Positions 26,133-39,594 of a stretch of 64,000 bases of DNA are shown here, in pieces. The position numbers were made by a program, and so were the translations under genes. Each line of letters starts with the position of its first letter. Position 1 is the stretch's first letter. The notes under the pieces were generated by a model. That model was given only the letters and a program-made list of their open reading frames with translations, was not told the origin of the DNA and made no database searches. Source of the DNA: Octopus vulgaris (lineage: Eukaryota); assembly GCA_951406725.2 (NCBI GenBank), contig OX597815.1, positions 9,362,001 to 9,426,000 on the forward strand, read 5' to 3'.

Positions 26133-27565
26133 ACGTGATGGGCTGAAAATTTCATTGGCTGACTTTGAAGGGGTGATGCTACAGGTGTGAAGTCTTGTCT
26201 GCGTTAATTTCAAATCTTCTTATAAATAGCTGCATTGTTTCTTTCCAGGTAAATTGACATTTGTCTGTTCCGAGAAGACTTCAAAGGGAACCAGTAACGG
26301 CTTCTCTTGAAAATGGACAAAATTTGGCATCCTCGTGTTATCAAGTATCTGTAGAAAAGGGTTTTAGCGTCCCAAGACACTCATATGTTCCAGGACACTA
26401 AGTTACTACATTAGAGGGTTACCTTCCAACTTTATCAACGGTGCAAAAGTAGGAAGTTGAATTTTGGAGAAGAACGGGGAATCTTGAAGTTGAGTCAAGG
26501 TTTGGACATCCTGGCAACACTGAAGAACACATTGATCGTGTTCATTACGTGGCGATGGACGACAGACGATTGACTATAAATCAAATAGTCAATGCTATGG
26601 CATATCCTGTGAGGAGTATAAGAATATTCTGCACAATACATTTGGCACGACGAAGGTTTCTGCTCGGTGGGTACCACGCCTTCTGGCACCTGACCAAAAG
26701 CGCACCAGGCTGATTACATCGCGGGAACATCTGACATTATCTCAGGCAGACCTTGCTGGTTTCCTTGAACGTTTCCTAAGCCAGGATGATTGTTAGCTTC
26801 AATACTTCGAGCCAGAGAAAAAGAGACAATCTAAGCTGCAAAGAAGGCCAAGGTCGTTTTAACGTGTAACTAACGTGTAATTAACGTGTAAGTGGCTGAA
26901 CACTCCACAGACACGTGCACCCTTAACGTAGTTCTCGGGATATTCAGCGTAACACAGAGAGTGACAAGGCCGGCCCTTTGAAATACAGGTACAACAGAAA
27001 CAGGAAGTAAGAGTGAGAGAAAGTTGTGGTGAAAGAGTACAGCAGGGATCACCACCATCCCCTGCCGGAGCCTCGTGGAGCTTTAGGTGTTTTCGCTCAA
27101 TAAACACTCACAACGCCCGGTCTGGGAATCGAAACCGCGATCCTATGACCGCGAGTCCGCTGCCCTAACCACTGGGAAACATTGCAACACCGACTGACCG
27201 CAAAGGGAAACTATATTGATGCAAAAGGCATTGTATTTATTGATTATCATCGAGTGGACTGTTCAGCCGGCCCTCGTGTATTCGGGACTCGGAAATAAAT
27301 GCTACTTCTGATATTGCAGACAGGGCCTTAGTGACACAAACGGTTAGTAGTCTCCGCAGATTCTAATTGTTCTCTTGTTTCATCTTTAGACAATGCTCCA
27401 ATGTACAAATCCTAGGTTTCAATGGCTGCTGTGTGTGACTATGGCTTCGAACCGGCTGATCATCCTCTTTGTTCTTCTTATTTAGCTGTATATAACATGA
27501 AAAAGCACTTGGATGGGGACTAGTATCGCAATGATGATGACGTCCTATCTATTGTTGATCATCTT
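26133..27565 (+). mobile_element. Decayed mariner of another family, interrupted by SINE B
   Basis: MDKIWH..VIKYL, KVSARWVPRLLAPDQKR and DNAP remnants with many stops. Confidence 0.75.
26858..27176 (-). mobile_element. SINE family B truncated at both ends
   Basis: Reverse complement of the 5748 copy. Confidence 0.9.
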
Positions 27566-27692
27566 TATGTATTATCATTTAACTACAGTTTCGTTTCTTT
27601 TACCATTGCGAAATGTATTATCAATGTCAAATCATGTTAAAAATATTCAACAATAACCCCAAAGAACGCCATTGCAACATAATGCAAACTCA

Positions 27693-28016
27693 AAATTTTG
27701 CATTATGTAGCTTGTTATTCTCTTTAAGTGAACATTTTTATGGTTGAAATACACCAAAAGTGGTGACACAGCAGTAAAAAAATCGTAAAAAATAGGGATT
27801 TTCATAGAAAAAAAAGCAACTTTTTGATATAAATAATTTTTGGTGTTAACATGATCCAATTTAAATTTTTTCTTCTACGGAAGGAAGAACAAGTCGTCTT
27901 CTAACATATTCTCAATTTTGGTCAACTTGCGCCGCAGGGTCTCGGAGGAGATAGTGTTAGTTGAAGGCTACCAAACCTGCCATACACAAACAACTTCAGC
28001 TTTATATAGAGAGAGA
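27693..28016 (-). mobile_element. Partial Helitron-like element of the 47477 family
   Basis: High similarity to 47545-47858. Confidence 0.7.
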
Positions 28017-29554
28017 CTAAGACAATAACAAAGAAATATTTTTGTATTTTGTTTTTGTTTTTATTGTGTAGTTGATCTTCGTTCAACCTTTTTTTGCTCG
28101 AAGTATTCATTTGCTTTTGTTGTTTAACTTTGGGTCAGCTCCGGCTAAGGATCCTATAATTGAAGACGTCGGCGATAACCGTTATATTTTCTGTACGTCT
28201 AGGTCAGATTTACGATGCAGTTAACGAGTTAATATTTCTTAAGTTGATAGACTAGATTATCCTATTTGTTTTCCTTTTTTTTTTGTAAGAAAGCATTCAC
28301 ACTTGGTTTGGTAACTGCTGTTTCTAGACAGTCGAGCGAATAATCGTTTCCCCGTCAGCTTGTCTTCAGACCATCCTATCTAATTAAAGAGGCACTGATC
28401 ACATATCCAACTAATAAAAATCCGAGAGTGATTACACGAGGCAACAGATTTTTATGGAAGTTCTGTTTTGCTCAGTTTTTTGTATTTTTCTATCAAGTTT
28501 GTCATGCTTAATACAAAAACCTCATAAGTTTTATTTTATATCAACAAAGATTTGCATAATAATCATGAGCACACATTATTTATAATACAGCTTATTGCAA
28601 CTCAACGACACAAAATAACACATGATAGAAATCGTATTACATCGACCATGAATAATGCAACAAAATTATAAATAACTGTGGTGGTACAGCGCATGAAAAA
28701 TATAATACAATCAGAAATGAACATTTCACCGTCATTGTCTCTTGTGACCACATCTATCTTTTGGAAGCAATTTCCAAATGTAATCACCTACGATCGTTTC
28801 ATTCTACCTTCTCTTATGTCGCTCGCTTCTCCAGCAACTGTGTAACCTGATGGAACCATTCGCTATGCTTTTCTGACACAACACCGAGATTAAATATGAA
28901 AAATTCCAAAAGTTGAAATGTAAACAATGCAGCTTAAGTGATATTTTGCACCTAACACTTCTAGGAGAGCTTTGTAATTTTCAACTTTCTTATTGCGCAA
29001 AAGCCAATGGACAACGTTCTTGAATGCATTTCTTGTTGTTTTCGCCACTACCGTTATTTATACATTCAAAGTTTTAGATGCAAGCATCTGATTCAAACGT
29101 GACCCAACAATCACCGGCTGCTTATTCTGCATCTGAAAATTCCAGAAACAATGTTCATATATTGGCGTAAGCTTCACCATACCTATCTGAGGCTGTGAAG
29201 AATTGGTTCATCAGACAAGCTTTATGGAAAACAGTCAGATAGATGTGTTTCCACCGATACAAGAGCACGCATTGTGCTTTACATTTTGGGGGGTCGACTG
29301 CATGGATGATCTTTTTTGCCATTCTCGTTTCACGTTTTCTCTATTTTTGTTAACCCCCGCAAAATAAAGCAAAGGTGCTTAGTTTATCCCTCCACTGCAA
29401 TCCGAGCAAGAATCCCTAATCCTGAAATTACCACAATCATTCCACTTAAGTCGTCATATTTTACCTTTCCGAGCAAGACTATTTTGGACATATTCTTTCA
29501 AAAACACAACCTGACCAACGGGGATAGATGGAAACTGGTTGCACTTGTGAAGTG

Positions 29555-30200
29555 ACACTTATTTAAGATTTAATGTCAAGGTGTCAAGGAAAAAATGCCA
29601 TTGATCTGGTTGGTGTCTAAAACTAATCGTTCCAAATAGACATCTTACATTCGTACTGAAGTACAGCAACTCAAGCAATGAATACAAATATGCAATAGCT
29701 TTATGCTGTGTTTGGTACGTCGAAATTATCATCTTTGTATTCTTTAGGCTCCATGTTCTCAGCATGGACGTCAACAGTTCTGCACCTGATTTGGTGACGT
29801 TCAAGTCTGCTAGAATTTTAAACAAAATCTGGTTTAGAAAGCGGGGTCCTTTACATGATCTTGCTGCTTCCACTTCTTTCCTGTCATCATGATGATCCGA
29901 TGTTTTGATTTCAGCTTCATGTCCGGATTCAAAAGCTAGTCGAGTTTGAATCGGCGGTCTTTCGTTATAAGTCACTTGAAGACAAGATGCTTCGACAGAT
30001 CGGTTTCTTTCTATCGTCTGAACCTTTTCAAACTAACGACCTATCACTTCTTGACAAATTCTTGGAATTGTAAATGGCATGTATTTCCTGCAGCCACGCA
30101 TCTATCCCTTCAGTACAGAACATCAACAACCACAGGTTACTTGAGGAATCCATGGTTTGTCCTGGTCGCCAAAGGGTGTGTTGAAGCACTTTTCATCACG
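29555..30200 (-). pseudogene. Decayed DNA-transposon transposase, Chapaev3/CMC-like
   Basis: FGDQDKPWIPQVTC, LNVTKSGAELLTSMLRTWSL and HQPDQWHFFLD...LK resemble the GDQDK.WAPH and WRLFIDSS motifs. The family name is from recall. Confidence 0.55.
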
Positions 30201-30811
30201 TGCTACATTATATTAAGCAAATAACACATTAGACTGGTTTTGATCCAATGCGATGTCCACACATAACAAAGGGAGTCAGGGGACATATTTCAATGTTTAG
30301 AAGACACCATCATATTATCTATAACAATGAAACACTAACATTAATACAATGTACTCAAGGGAAGCACACGTGACATGAGCAGAATATTGAAAAAAACTGT
30401 GATTCTTATTTCTAATCTTGTACAACTATTACAGTTTTCAAAACACAACCCACTTGAATACTTGTAAAACACTGCTCTTATACTATTTTCAATTGCTTCA
30501 GAGCAATAAAAAATTCATCATCATCAAATAGTAAATATAAGTAAATATATAAATATATTATCTTGTGCTTACTCGGACAGTCTATTAATAGTAGTTCTAT
30601 TGTTAGTATCTCATTATTATATGGGTCATTGTGTGTATAAGTATTTCAATGAATCAGCTAGAGTCAAGTCTACCATTCTTAATTCTGGAAAATTCTACAT
30701 AGTAACAGAAGTCTAATGCTAGTGTAACTGTGACACAATGTTATGCATGATAGAAAATAATTCTTGATATAACTAATAAGATATTGATGATGTTGTTAAA
30801 AAACATTTTAC

Positions 30812-31226
30812 GAGTGGCTGTGTGGTAAGTAGCTTGCTTACCAGCCACATGGTTCCGGGTTCAGTCCCACTGCGTGGCACCATGGGCAAGTGTCTTCTAC
30901 TATAGCCTCGGGCCGACCAATGCCTTGTGAGTGGATTTGGTAGACGGAAACTGAAAGAAGCCTGTCGTATATATGTATATATATATATATATAAGTGTGT
31001 GTGTTTGTGTGTCTGTGTTTGTCCCCCTAGCATTGCTTGACAACCGATGCTGGTGTGTTTACATCCCCGTTACTTAGCGGTTCGGCAAAAGAGACCGATA
31101 GAATAAGTACTGGACTTACAACAAAAGAATAAGTCCCGCGGTCGATTTGCTCGACTAAAGGCGGTGCTCCAGCATGGCCGCAGTCAAATGACTGAAACAA
31201 GTAAAAGAGTAAGAGAGTAAAAGAGT
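30812..31226 (+). mobile_element. SINE family C
   Basis: Near full-length copy. Confidence 0.9.
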
Positions 31227-31748
31227 AATCGTGCTGAACATGTTGGAAACATGCAAGAAACAGCAAAATAATCAAGTGAAAGAATTATCTGTTTAGTCGA
31301 GTTATTTACAATGTTATACATTCAGAGATAATCCCTGAAAATCCCTGTGATACGGAAAAAAAGAGTTAGATTAAATTATTCTTTCAGATAAACAAGGGAT
31401 ACAATACGAAACGTTTCTGCTTCTTAATCGTCGTCATCGGAAGTATATTCTTTACTAATACTCGTGTACTATGTTGCATCTAGCTTACTAATATAGAAAT
31501 AGTCATAAAAAACAATGAATGGTGCCGGAAAATTAGATTAATTGGTAATTTAATTATATTCTTTGTTTCTTTTACTCTTTTACTTGTTTCAGTCATTTGA
31601 CTGCGGCCATGCTGAAGCACTGCCTTTAATTGAGCAACTCGACCCCGGGACTTATTCTTTTGTAAGAGAAACCCTGGGAATCTGACGTAGTCAAAATATT
31701 AAGCAAGGTAGCTGCCCATCTGAAAAATCTGAACCTTTCAAAAAGAAA

Positions 31749-32170
31749 CTCTTTTACTCTTTACTCTTTTACTTGTTTCAGTCATTTGACTGCGGCCATG
31801 CTGGAGCACCGCCTTTAATCGAGCAACTCGACCCCGGGACTTATTCTTTTTTTGTAAGCCCAGTACTTATTCTATTGGTCTCTTTTACCGAACCGCTAAG
31901 TTACGGGGACATAAACACACCAGCATCGGTTGTCAAGCAATGCTTGGGGGACAAACACAGACACACAAACACACACACGCACACATATATATATACACAC
32001 ATATACGACGGGCTTCTTTCAGTTTCTGTCTTCCAAATCCACTCACAAGGCTTTGGTCGGCCCGTGGTTATAGTAGAAGACACTTGCCTAAGGTGTCACG
32101 CAGTGGGACTGAACCCGGAACCATGTGGTTGGTAAACAAGCTACTTACCACACATCCACTCCTGCGCCTA
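31749..32170 (-). mobile_element. SINE family C (plus a 3' fragment at 31568-31665)
   Basis: Matches the family. Confidence 0.9.
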
Positions 32171-32673
32171 TATGCATATAAGCCATTTATTTTTTAGGAT
32201 AAAAAGATGGGCTTGATAATTTTCTGTTTTAACAGATAAATAACTACAGTAAGTGTCAATTACCAAAATTCTTTACAATGCTGGACACATGATTTGCAAT
32301 GTTTTTAGCGGTTCTTTACGTTCAAACTTCAGGGGACAATATAGCTTTTCGTCCTTCTGAAGACAATATTGATTTTCATTCTTCTGAGATCGATAAATAA
32401 GCAACAATCGAGAACGGTCAATTGATGGAACATTTATTGCGTTATTTGTTCTGAGTTAACTTGCTTAGGTAATGGTGCCAAATTACAAGAACCTGCACAG
32501 ACCTGCGTCCTGGAAAGCAATTTTCTGGTGTAAAAACTGCCATCTTCGAGTGATAGATGTCTTACATACATATATACATACATACATACATACATACATA
32601 CATACATACACATACATATATACATACATACATACATACATACATACATACATAATACATACATACATACATA

Positions 32674-32878
32674 GTTAATCCAAACAAGAAAACACAAAAA
32701 AACACAGCAACGCAAGGACGTGGAACAAAGAAAGTATTATTGGACGCTCAGGAAAGGAGGGAAGAAGGAGGGTTTAACGTTTCGAGCGGAGCTCTTCGTC
32801 GGAAACATAGGATAAGAAAAGATCCCGAGAAGGGAAGACAGAGGAAAAAAAATTGCTGGTGGTGCTCACGAGGTCACA
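32674..32878 (-). mobile_element. Family H1 copy 3 with minimal HHR-like motif
   Basis: Reverse complement of copy 2, with the motif at 32772-32806, embedded in (CATA)n. Confidence 0.7.
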
Positions 32879-33194
32879 TATATACATACATACACATATA
32901 CATATACATACATACATACATACACATACACGCACACATACATACATACATACATACATACATACATACATACATACATACATACATACATACATACATA
33001 CGTACATACATACATACGCATATATGCACACACACATACATTACAAATATGCATAGTTTTCAAAGCTGTCTCTGAGCGATTGGTTATTCTTTATGAGATT
33101 AAAGAAAAAGAGAACTGCTCTTCTGTTATAAGTGATTGACGATAATGAAGTGTTTACAGAATCACGTGATGTTAATTACTGGATAATTAATACC

Positions 33195-33477
33195 TATTTC
33201 TTTATTACTCACAAGGGGCTAAACATAGAGGGGACAAACAGGGACAGGCAAATGGATTAAGTCGATTACATCGACCCTAGTGCGTAACTGGTACTTAATT
33301 TATCGACCCCGAAAGGATGAAAGGCAAAGTCGACCTCAGCGGAATTTGAACTCGGAACGTAACGGCAGACGAAATACGGCTACGCATTTCGCCCGGCGTG
33401 CCAACGGTTCGAAATGCGTAGCCGTATTTCGTCTGCCGTTACGTTCTGAGTTCAAATTCCGCTGAGGTCGACTTTGC
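33195..33477 (-). mobile_element. SINE family A with 5' inverted duplication
   Basis: TSD CTGGATAATTAATACC at 33179-33194 and 33478-33493. 33411-33479 is the reverse complement of 33322-33390. Confidence 0.88.
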
Positions 33478-33839
33478 CTGGATAATTAATACCTTCGTAT
33501 GCACATTCTTAATGAGCATCTAAATGAAACCTGTAGTAGACGGATTAATGAAATTACTAAACAAAAGCAACTAAGGAGAAAAACAAAACTTGAGGACAAC
33601 ACCAACAATCTGCGCCACCTCATTTGATGGTTAACCACAATAACAAAAATATAAGCGAAATAATGAGTTCATGTCTCACCAATTACATCTTATGCACACA
33701 AAAAAATAAATAAAGCCCTGTGACAGCTCTTTATGCCAAGCTCTTGGGGGGGGAAAGCTAATTACTCTAAAAATCGAACTCAAGACACTGAGCAAGAAAT
33801 TTTGTTATCGTAGAAAAATTTTCCAGTGCGCAGGTATAA

Positions 33840-34068
33840 GGCGGCGAGCTGGCAGAAACGTTAGCACACTGGGCAAAATGCTTAGCGGTATTTCGTCTGC
33901 GTTACGTTGTGAGTTCAAATTCCGCCGAGGTCGACTTTGCCTTTCATCCTTTCGGGGTCGATAAATTAAGTACCAGTTACGCACTGGGGTCGATGTAATC
34001 GACTTAATACCTATGTCTGTCCTTGTTTGTCCCCTCTGTGTTTAGCCCCTTGTGGGTAATAAAGAAAT
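33840..34068 (+). mobile_element. SINE family A, full length
   Basis: Flanked by AGGTATAA at 33832 and 34069. Confidence 0.92.
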
Positions 34069-34304
34069 AGGTATAAATCCCAAGACTGCTTCCAATCCAT
34101 AGATGTTATATAGGGATCCGAGGGAAAGAAACATTGCCTTTTGAGAAACCTGTAGAATCATTCTGGTTTAAATCTGGAAAGAAAAGAGAGATTTCATCCT
34201 GAATATTAAGAAAGAATACTGTACCAACATCAGCAATAAAGCATACACAATCGACCACGAAACTTTCACCATAGTTGTAAGCAAACTATATAATGGGAAA
34301 GTAC

Positions 34305-34535
34305 AAGGCGCCGAGCTGGCAGAAACGTAAGCACGCCGGGCGAAATGCGTAGCCGTATTTCGTCTGCCGTTACGTTCTGAGTTCAAATTCCACCGAGGTC
34401 GACTTTCCCTTTCATCCTTTCGGGGTCGATAAATTAAGTACCAGTTACGCACTGGGGTCGATGTAAACGACTTAATCCCTTTGTCTGTCCTTGTTTGTCC
34501 CCTCTATGTTTAGCCCCTTGTGGGCAGTAAAGAAA
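34305..34535 (+). mobile_element. SINE family A, full length
   Basis: TSD TATATAATGGGAAAGTAC. Confidence 0.92.
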
Positions 34536-34599
34536 TATATATAATGGGAAAGTACCTGGAAGAGACGTAATAGTTGGATACAGGTACAATCTACGGAAC

Positions 34600-35800
34600 T
34601 TCTACAAAAAGCAATTAATATTTATATTCAAAAGAACCAGCATTATGACTCAGAATGACATACCAAATTAGCTTGTTATAGCACGAACGAATCTTGTAAC
34701 CAAAAATGAAACCCAGTGAGTTGCAGAAAACTTGACCCATTGCTTGCCTAAACATTGTGTGCAGGATTTACACAAGTTATCACAACCAATTCCTTCAGGC
34801 TCATTGTGAGTCCAGCAAAATAGAGACTAATGAGCAGGTATATGGAAAGGAGGAGCTGTGATGGTCTGCTGAAAAACGTTTGATAAACAAAGCAGTAATG
34901 TCCGAGGTAAGAAAACATCACAGAAACCTTGTGATAGCATCGCTTGATTGTAGTGAAGCATTCTACTCCATTCTCTACTCATGGTTGCTGAAATGTCTAA
35001 ATACTTGTCAAAAGTACTTTTGAGAGGTTTACAAAAATCTGGGTAACACTCCTCACGTTTACAGCTGAGAGCGGAGAGATCGCCTTCCATATTATAAATA
35101 TTTCAAAGGGAATATTTCAAGGACATTGTCTTTCCGTAATTCTCTGTATTTGGCATTATATTCATTGTAATTTCTTTCACCAAAAAATCCAGTGGCTACA
35201 TACAAGGTTCCTCATCTGCTAGACATACCAACGCAGCCCATAATTTCTTGGTGGATGACCTGAAGATCTATGCTTAAAATGCTTATAATGCAAAGAAAAA
35301 AATAAAAAGCGGATGAATATCAATGTATCACAATTTCGGCTTTTGGCGAAAGGAAGTGTTCGTCCCCCAAACCAGGATCTGTGCATCAACAGTCTTTCTA
35401 TTTCTTCAGTTCCACACAAAGAATACTAAAAAATACCTAGGCAATATACCACTATACATTTACAGCACCAATTCTAATACCAAAATTTGAGATAGTAGAG
35501 TGGTCTGTGGAGGAAATTCGTTCCATACACGTTAAATGATGCAAGATCCTGACCTCACATGGAAACTTCCGCACAAATATTGACAGGATCTACCTAAGAA
35601 GGGATGAAGGAAGTTGAAGCTTGAGATTAATGCAGACAGCTTTCTATTGTCGTATAATCTCTCTCAGACAGCACCTGATAAACAGCAACAGCCAAATTAA
35701 ATGCATAAACTTAGTGCTGAATAACCAAGGGAGCATCCTACGAATGTGTAGTGAGCTCCTCAGAAAGTACTCTCTTCTTGACCACCTTCCATAAACCCAA
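34600..35800 (+). pseudogene. Decayed R4/Dong-like non-LTR reverse transcriptase
   Basis: Remnants LINKAV, KGIFQGHCLS, FLVDDLKIYA and DRIYLRRDEG. It probably extends upstream to about 33500. Confidence 0.65.
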
Positions 35801-35818
35801 AACATACATACATATATA

Positions 35819-36680
35819 CGTATTCTGATCAATACGTATCCGGACTGCTGAAATAGTAATGAAGTTTAAGGGCGCAGAGTAAAGTCGCTCGGTGCAGATT
35901 GACCTTGAACTCTGCTGTGCATGTGGACTGATATTTAAGTTCTAGCTCCCTTCCTCTGTTTACAACAGTGCTTGGAAGGAAGGTGTGTAGCGTGTGATCA
36001 TCGCAATGACCATAACAAAGTTGAGTAGAGAATCTGCATCAAATTTTGCCAAAAGCTTGGTGATACCTGCTCAGAGGCCTACAGAAAGTTTTCAAAAAGT
36101 TTTCAAAAAGTTTTCATCGTTCTCGACACAATCAAGGAGGGTTTCTTTTTGGTCAGCTGAGAGCAGTTTTGGCATAAACTTGGCAGACACACGTCTCATA
36201 CCCAAATCTTCAGTTATAAAGGATTGAACTGGACCATAACTAATCTGCACATCCTCTGATAACTCACGGATGGTGATTCGACGATTTCCCCCTCTCACCT
36301 GTACGCAGGTCTGCGATGTTTCTCTCAGTTCTGCTGGTTGTGGGTCTCCCAGAACGTTCATCAATATTGACATCTTTTCGGCTATCTTGGAAATGTCTGA
36401 ACCACTCATACACTCCTCTCCATACACTTTCTGCAGCTTTTCGCGGGTCTCTGAGCAGGTATCGCCATGACAACTTTCTCTGTCATGGTCACCGCGATGA
36501 TCGCACGCTACACACGTTCCTTCCAAGCACTGCTGTAAACAACAGAAGTGAGCTAGAACGTTAAAATTTCCTACGCATGTACGGCAGAGTTTATGGTCAA
36601 TCTGTGCCAAGCGGTTTTACGCTTAGTGCTTTAGCGTTGTTACTATGGCAACAATCTGGATACTTATTGATCAAACCTCA
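35819..36680 (-). mobile_element. Deleted mariner derivative with long inverted ends (same family as 24597)
   Basis: DERSGRPTTS and MRRVSAKFMPKLLSADQK. Both ends carry the 5' UTR and the start of the transposase. Confidence 0.85.
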
Positions 36681-36821
36681 TACATATATACATTAAAGTA
36701 TATATGCGCATGGCTAGACATGCAACTATATGCATGAAAATACATACATGAAACAAAGTGCACAAATCTGCATATGCACCAACTCCAAATACTGCACATA
36801 TACACACATGTATGCAAAAAT

Positions 36822-36912
36822 ACCCTGTTGATATTGTTGAAATTCCAATGAAGGATTCGAAACCGATTCCTTTTCTATTGACAAGAAATCTTGAAATAAA
36901 AGTGAATAATGA
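36822..36912 (+). mobile_element. About 95-bp repeat preceding (CATA)n
   Basis: Second copy of the 24488-24590 sequence. Confidence 0.6.
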
Positions 36913-37088
36913 TATACATACATACATGCATGCATGCATACATACATACATACATACATACATACATACATACATACATACATACATACGTACGTACGTA
37001 CGTACATACATACATACATACATACATACATACATACATACGTACGTACATACATACATAGTTATCTATCTATCTAGTTAGCTAGCTT

Positions 37089-37152
<64 letters not shown>

Positions 37153-37169
37153 TTTGGAGTTGGCAAACA

Positions 37170-38780
37170 TTATTCTTTGACCTAACAAACAAGGATGACA
37201 ACTCAAGGGTTATGCAAATGCCGTAACACAAACATCTTTTCAGTAATTCGCGCACTCCCCAGCAATTTTCTGTTATTTAAGAATTTGATCGTTGATACGT
37301 CAGCAATAGATGACTAGCAATATTAAGAGCTGTCTGCCGTAACTATCGAAGAAAAAGAAAACATTTGTTATCAAATATTATTTTGTTTTACCACGGGTTT
37401 GATCTTATTTTTGGCTTTTAAAGATAAAAAAACATTAAATATGCTTCTAGCCCTTTATAGTTAATATGAAAGTAGCTGGTGACATTTGGTTTTTGTTCAG
37501 CTCAAATGCACATCGTTTTTAACCTAAAGGGTTAGATTGCTAAAATGTCTCCTTTAATGCTGTTTTTTATGGGAACATTATGATAGCTATCGGGAGAACA
37601 TTTTATATTTGCTCGCCCTACACCGTTCTTCTAGGAGATCAAATATATTTTTATATTGTTAAAAGCTCCATGGGTGGTGAGTTAAAGCCTGATACAACAA
37701 TATTAAGAGATGTAGGAGAGAACACTCTATCACTTAAAACGAGGGAGGATAACTGAAAAAAAAATCGATCTTATGTAATCACTTTTCGGAGAATGACATC
37801 TAAATATGAACTTGAAGAGCAGAAATTTGTTTTCTCCGTTGCTATACACTTCCACAAGAGTGAAGGTTGTTTTGATATTTTCAAACTAATGGTTGAAAAT
37901 CTAGGTGTAATTTACGGACCAAACATTACCATGATTCTGTATCAACTAGAAGCATATTGAACTTATATAGGACCAAAAGTTTACAAATAGTTTTTGCAGC
38001 AGTAGTTTGTATAATAAAAAAAATAATTAGTTTAGGGAAATAACTCAAATAAATTAAAAAGCATGGATTGGTTTATCTCAATCTATACCTATTTCTTTAT
38101 TACCCACAAGGGGCTAAACACAGAGGGGACAAACAAGGACAGACATAGGTATTAAGTCGATTACATCGACCCCAGTGCGTAACTGGTACTTAATTTATCG
38201 ACCCCGAAAGGATGAAAGGCAAAGTCGAATCTCAATCTATACCACAGACATATTTGAGCTATTTCCCTTAGCTCAATTTTATTTTTCATCTTCTGTATGA
38301 TATATGACACACTGAACTCTTGAATTTCTTTTGTGATATCAATGCTTTCTTGGAGATTTGAACTGCCGATATGTTTTAACCCTCGCCCCTCCCTCACTCA
38401 CTCCCTTTCTGGCAAAATAATAGTTACCGCCTTATATAGTTATAAGGTCGGTTAATGAGAAATATGAAAGAATTGGGCAAGAAACATTTTCTGTTAGATC
38501 TTTCGGCTTACCTCTTCATAACGTGGTTTGACATTGATATCTTAGAACTCATAACTATACAGAGTATTTATTTCTTTAATTTACCAAGTTTTCTTTTATA
38601 TGTCACGTTCATTAAGTCAACCTTAGTTACTTATCTCTACATTAAATATGTTAACACTAAGTTCAACAATTTTTTTGCTGTTCCTTTTGCAGATGGTGCC
38701 ATTAATATATTTATTCTGTAAAGAATTCTACACTTCACTGATGAAGTCAGAATAATATTGAAACATGTTCGGAGTTATTT
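37170..38780 (+). pseudogene. Possible very decayed Penelope-like element ending in a degenerate HHR
   Basis: Faint RT-like remnants (IAIG, LKP...LRDV, KYELEE). CTGATGA...GAAACATGTTC at 38738-38770. Confidence 0.3.
38090..38228 (-). mobile_element. 5'-truncated SINE family A
   Basis: TSD ATCTCAATCTATACC at 38075-38089 and 38229-38243. Confidence 0.9.
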
Positions 38781-39594
38781 CTCGTGCGACGGAAAAATTG
38801 GAAATATTGCCAGTGACTAATGCTGTTGTTTTACTTCCTTCCTACTAAGCCCCTTACGTTAGATATCTTAACATTAAACTAACAATTGCTTTTCATGTAG
38901 ACTGACTCTAAATTATTATTATTATTATTTTCTATTTACTTCTGTGTCACCTTCTTACTTTCACATATAAAACAGCCAACACCGGAGGGCACCGAACTGA
39001 AAATATTGCACGTTCTGGAAGTCGGCTCTGCTGAAATTGATTTTTGTTCTCCCAATGCCAGTAAAATAGGTGTCATCCAGATAGAAAGGCCGATTACATC
39101 AATTACAGCCCTCCTTTAAACTATATCGTTTTGCACTAACGTGAGAAATCATTATTACTTATGGGTTTAATACTGCAGCACAGCCCTTGGGTGACTTCAG
39201 AGGAGACCAATCTATTCTAAATACCTGAGCAAAGTCTCTGATCGGCGAGTACTTTATCAGTGTCGGAAGGACTGATAAAAGTAACGAATAATGAGGTCCT
39301 TCATCCTTTTTGACTCGGTCAAATAATCAAACAAGATATATTAAGAGTTAACAAGATTTTGAGCGTATACAAAAGCATTTCAGCCATGACCATCTCGAGT
39401 TTTTATGATTTTTTTTATGGACTACATTCTCTTGTTTGTCCTTTCTTGATAAAGATTGGTGGACTTTAATTTGGCTGCAATTTCTGGTAGATCGAGCAAG
39501 CCGATAGAACCTCCTTCGTTAACTCCTACGCCTGTACATATAAACAATATGTTAGTTATGTATCAATCTGCTGTTGATGCATTTATATATATTA

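Noticed and set aside
31405-31446. Minus-strand CCGATGA...GAAACGTT hammerhead-like string
   Set aside because: Stem II does not pair and stem I is poor, so it is too degenerate to call.
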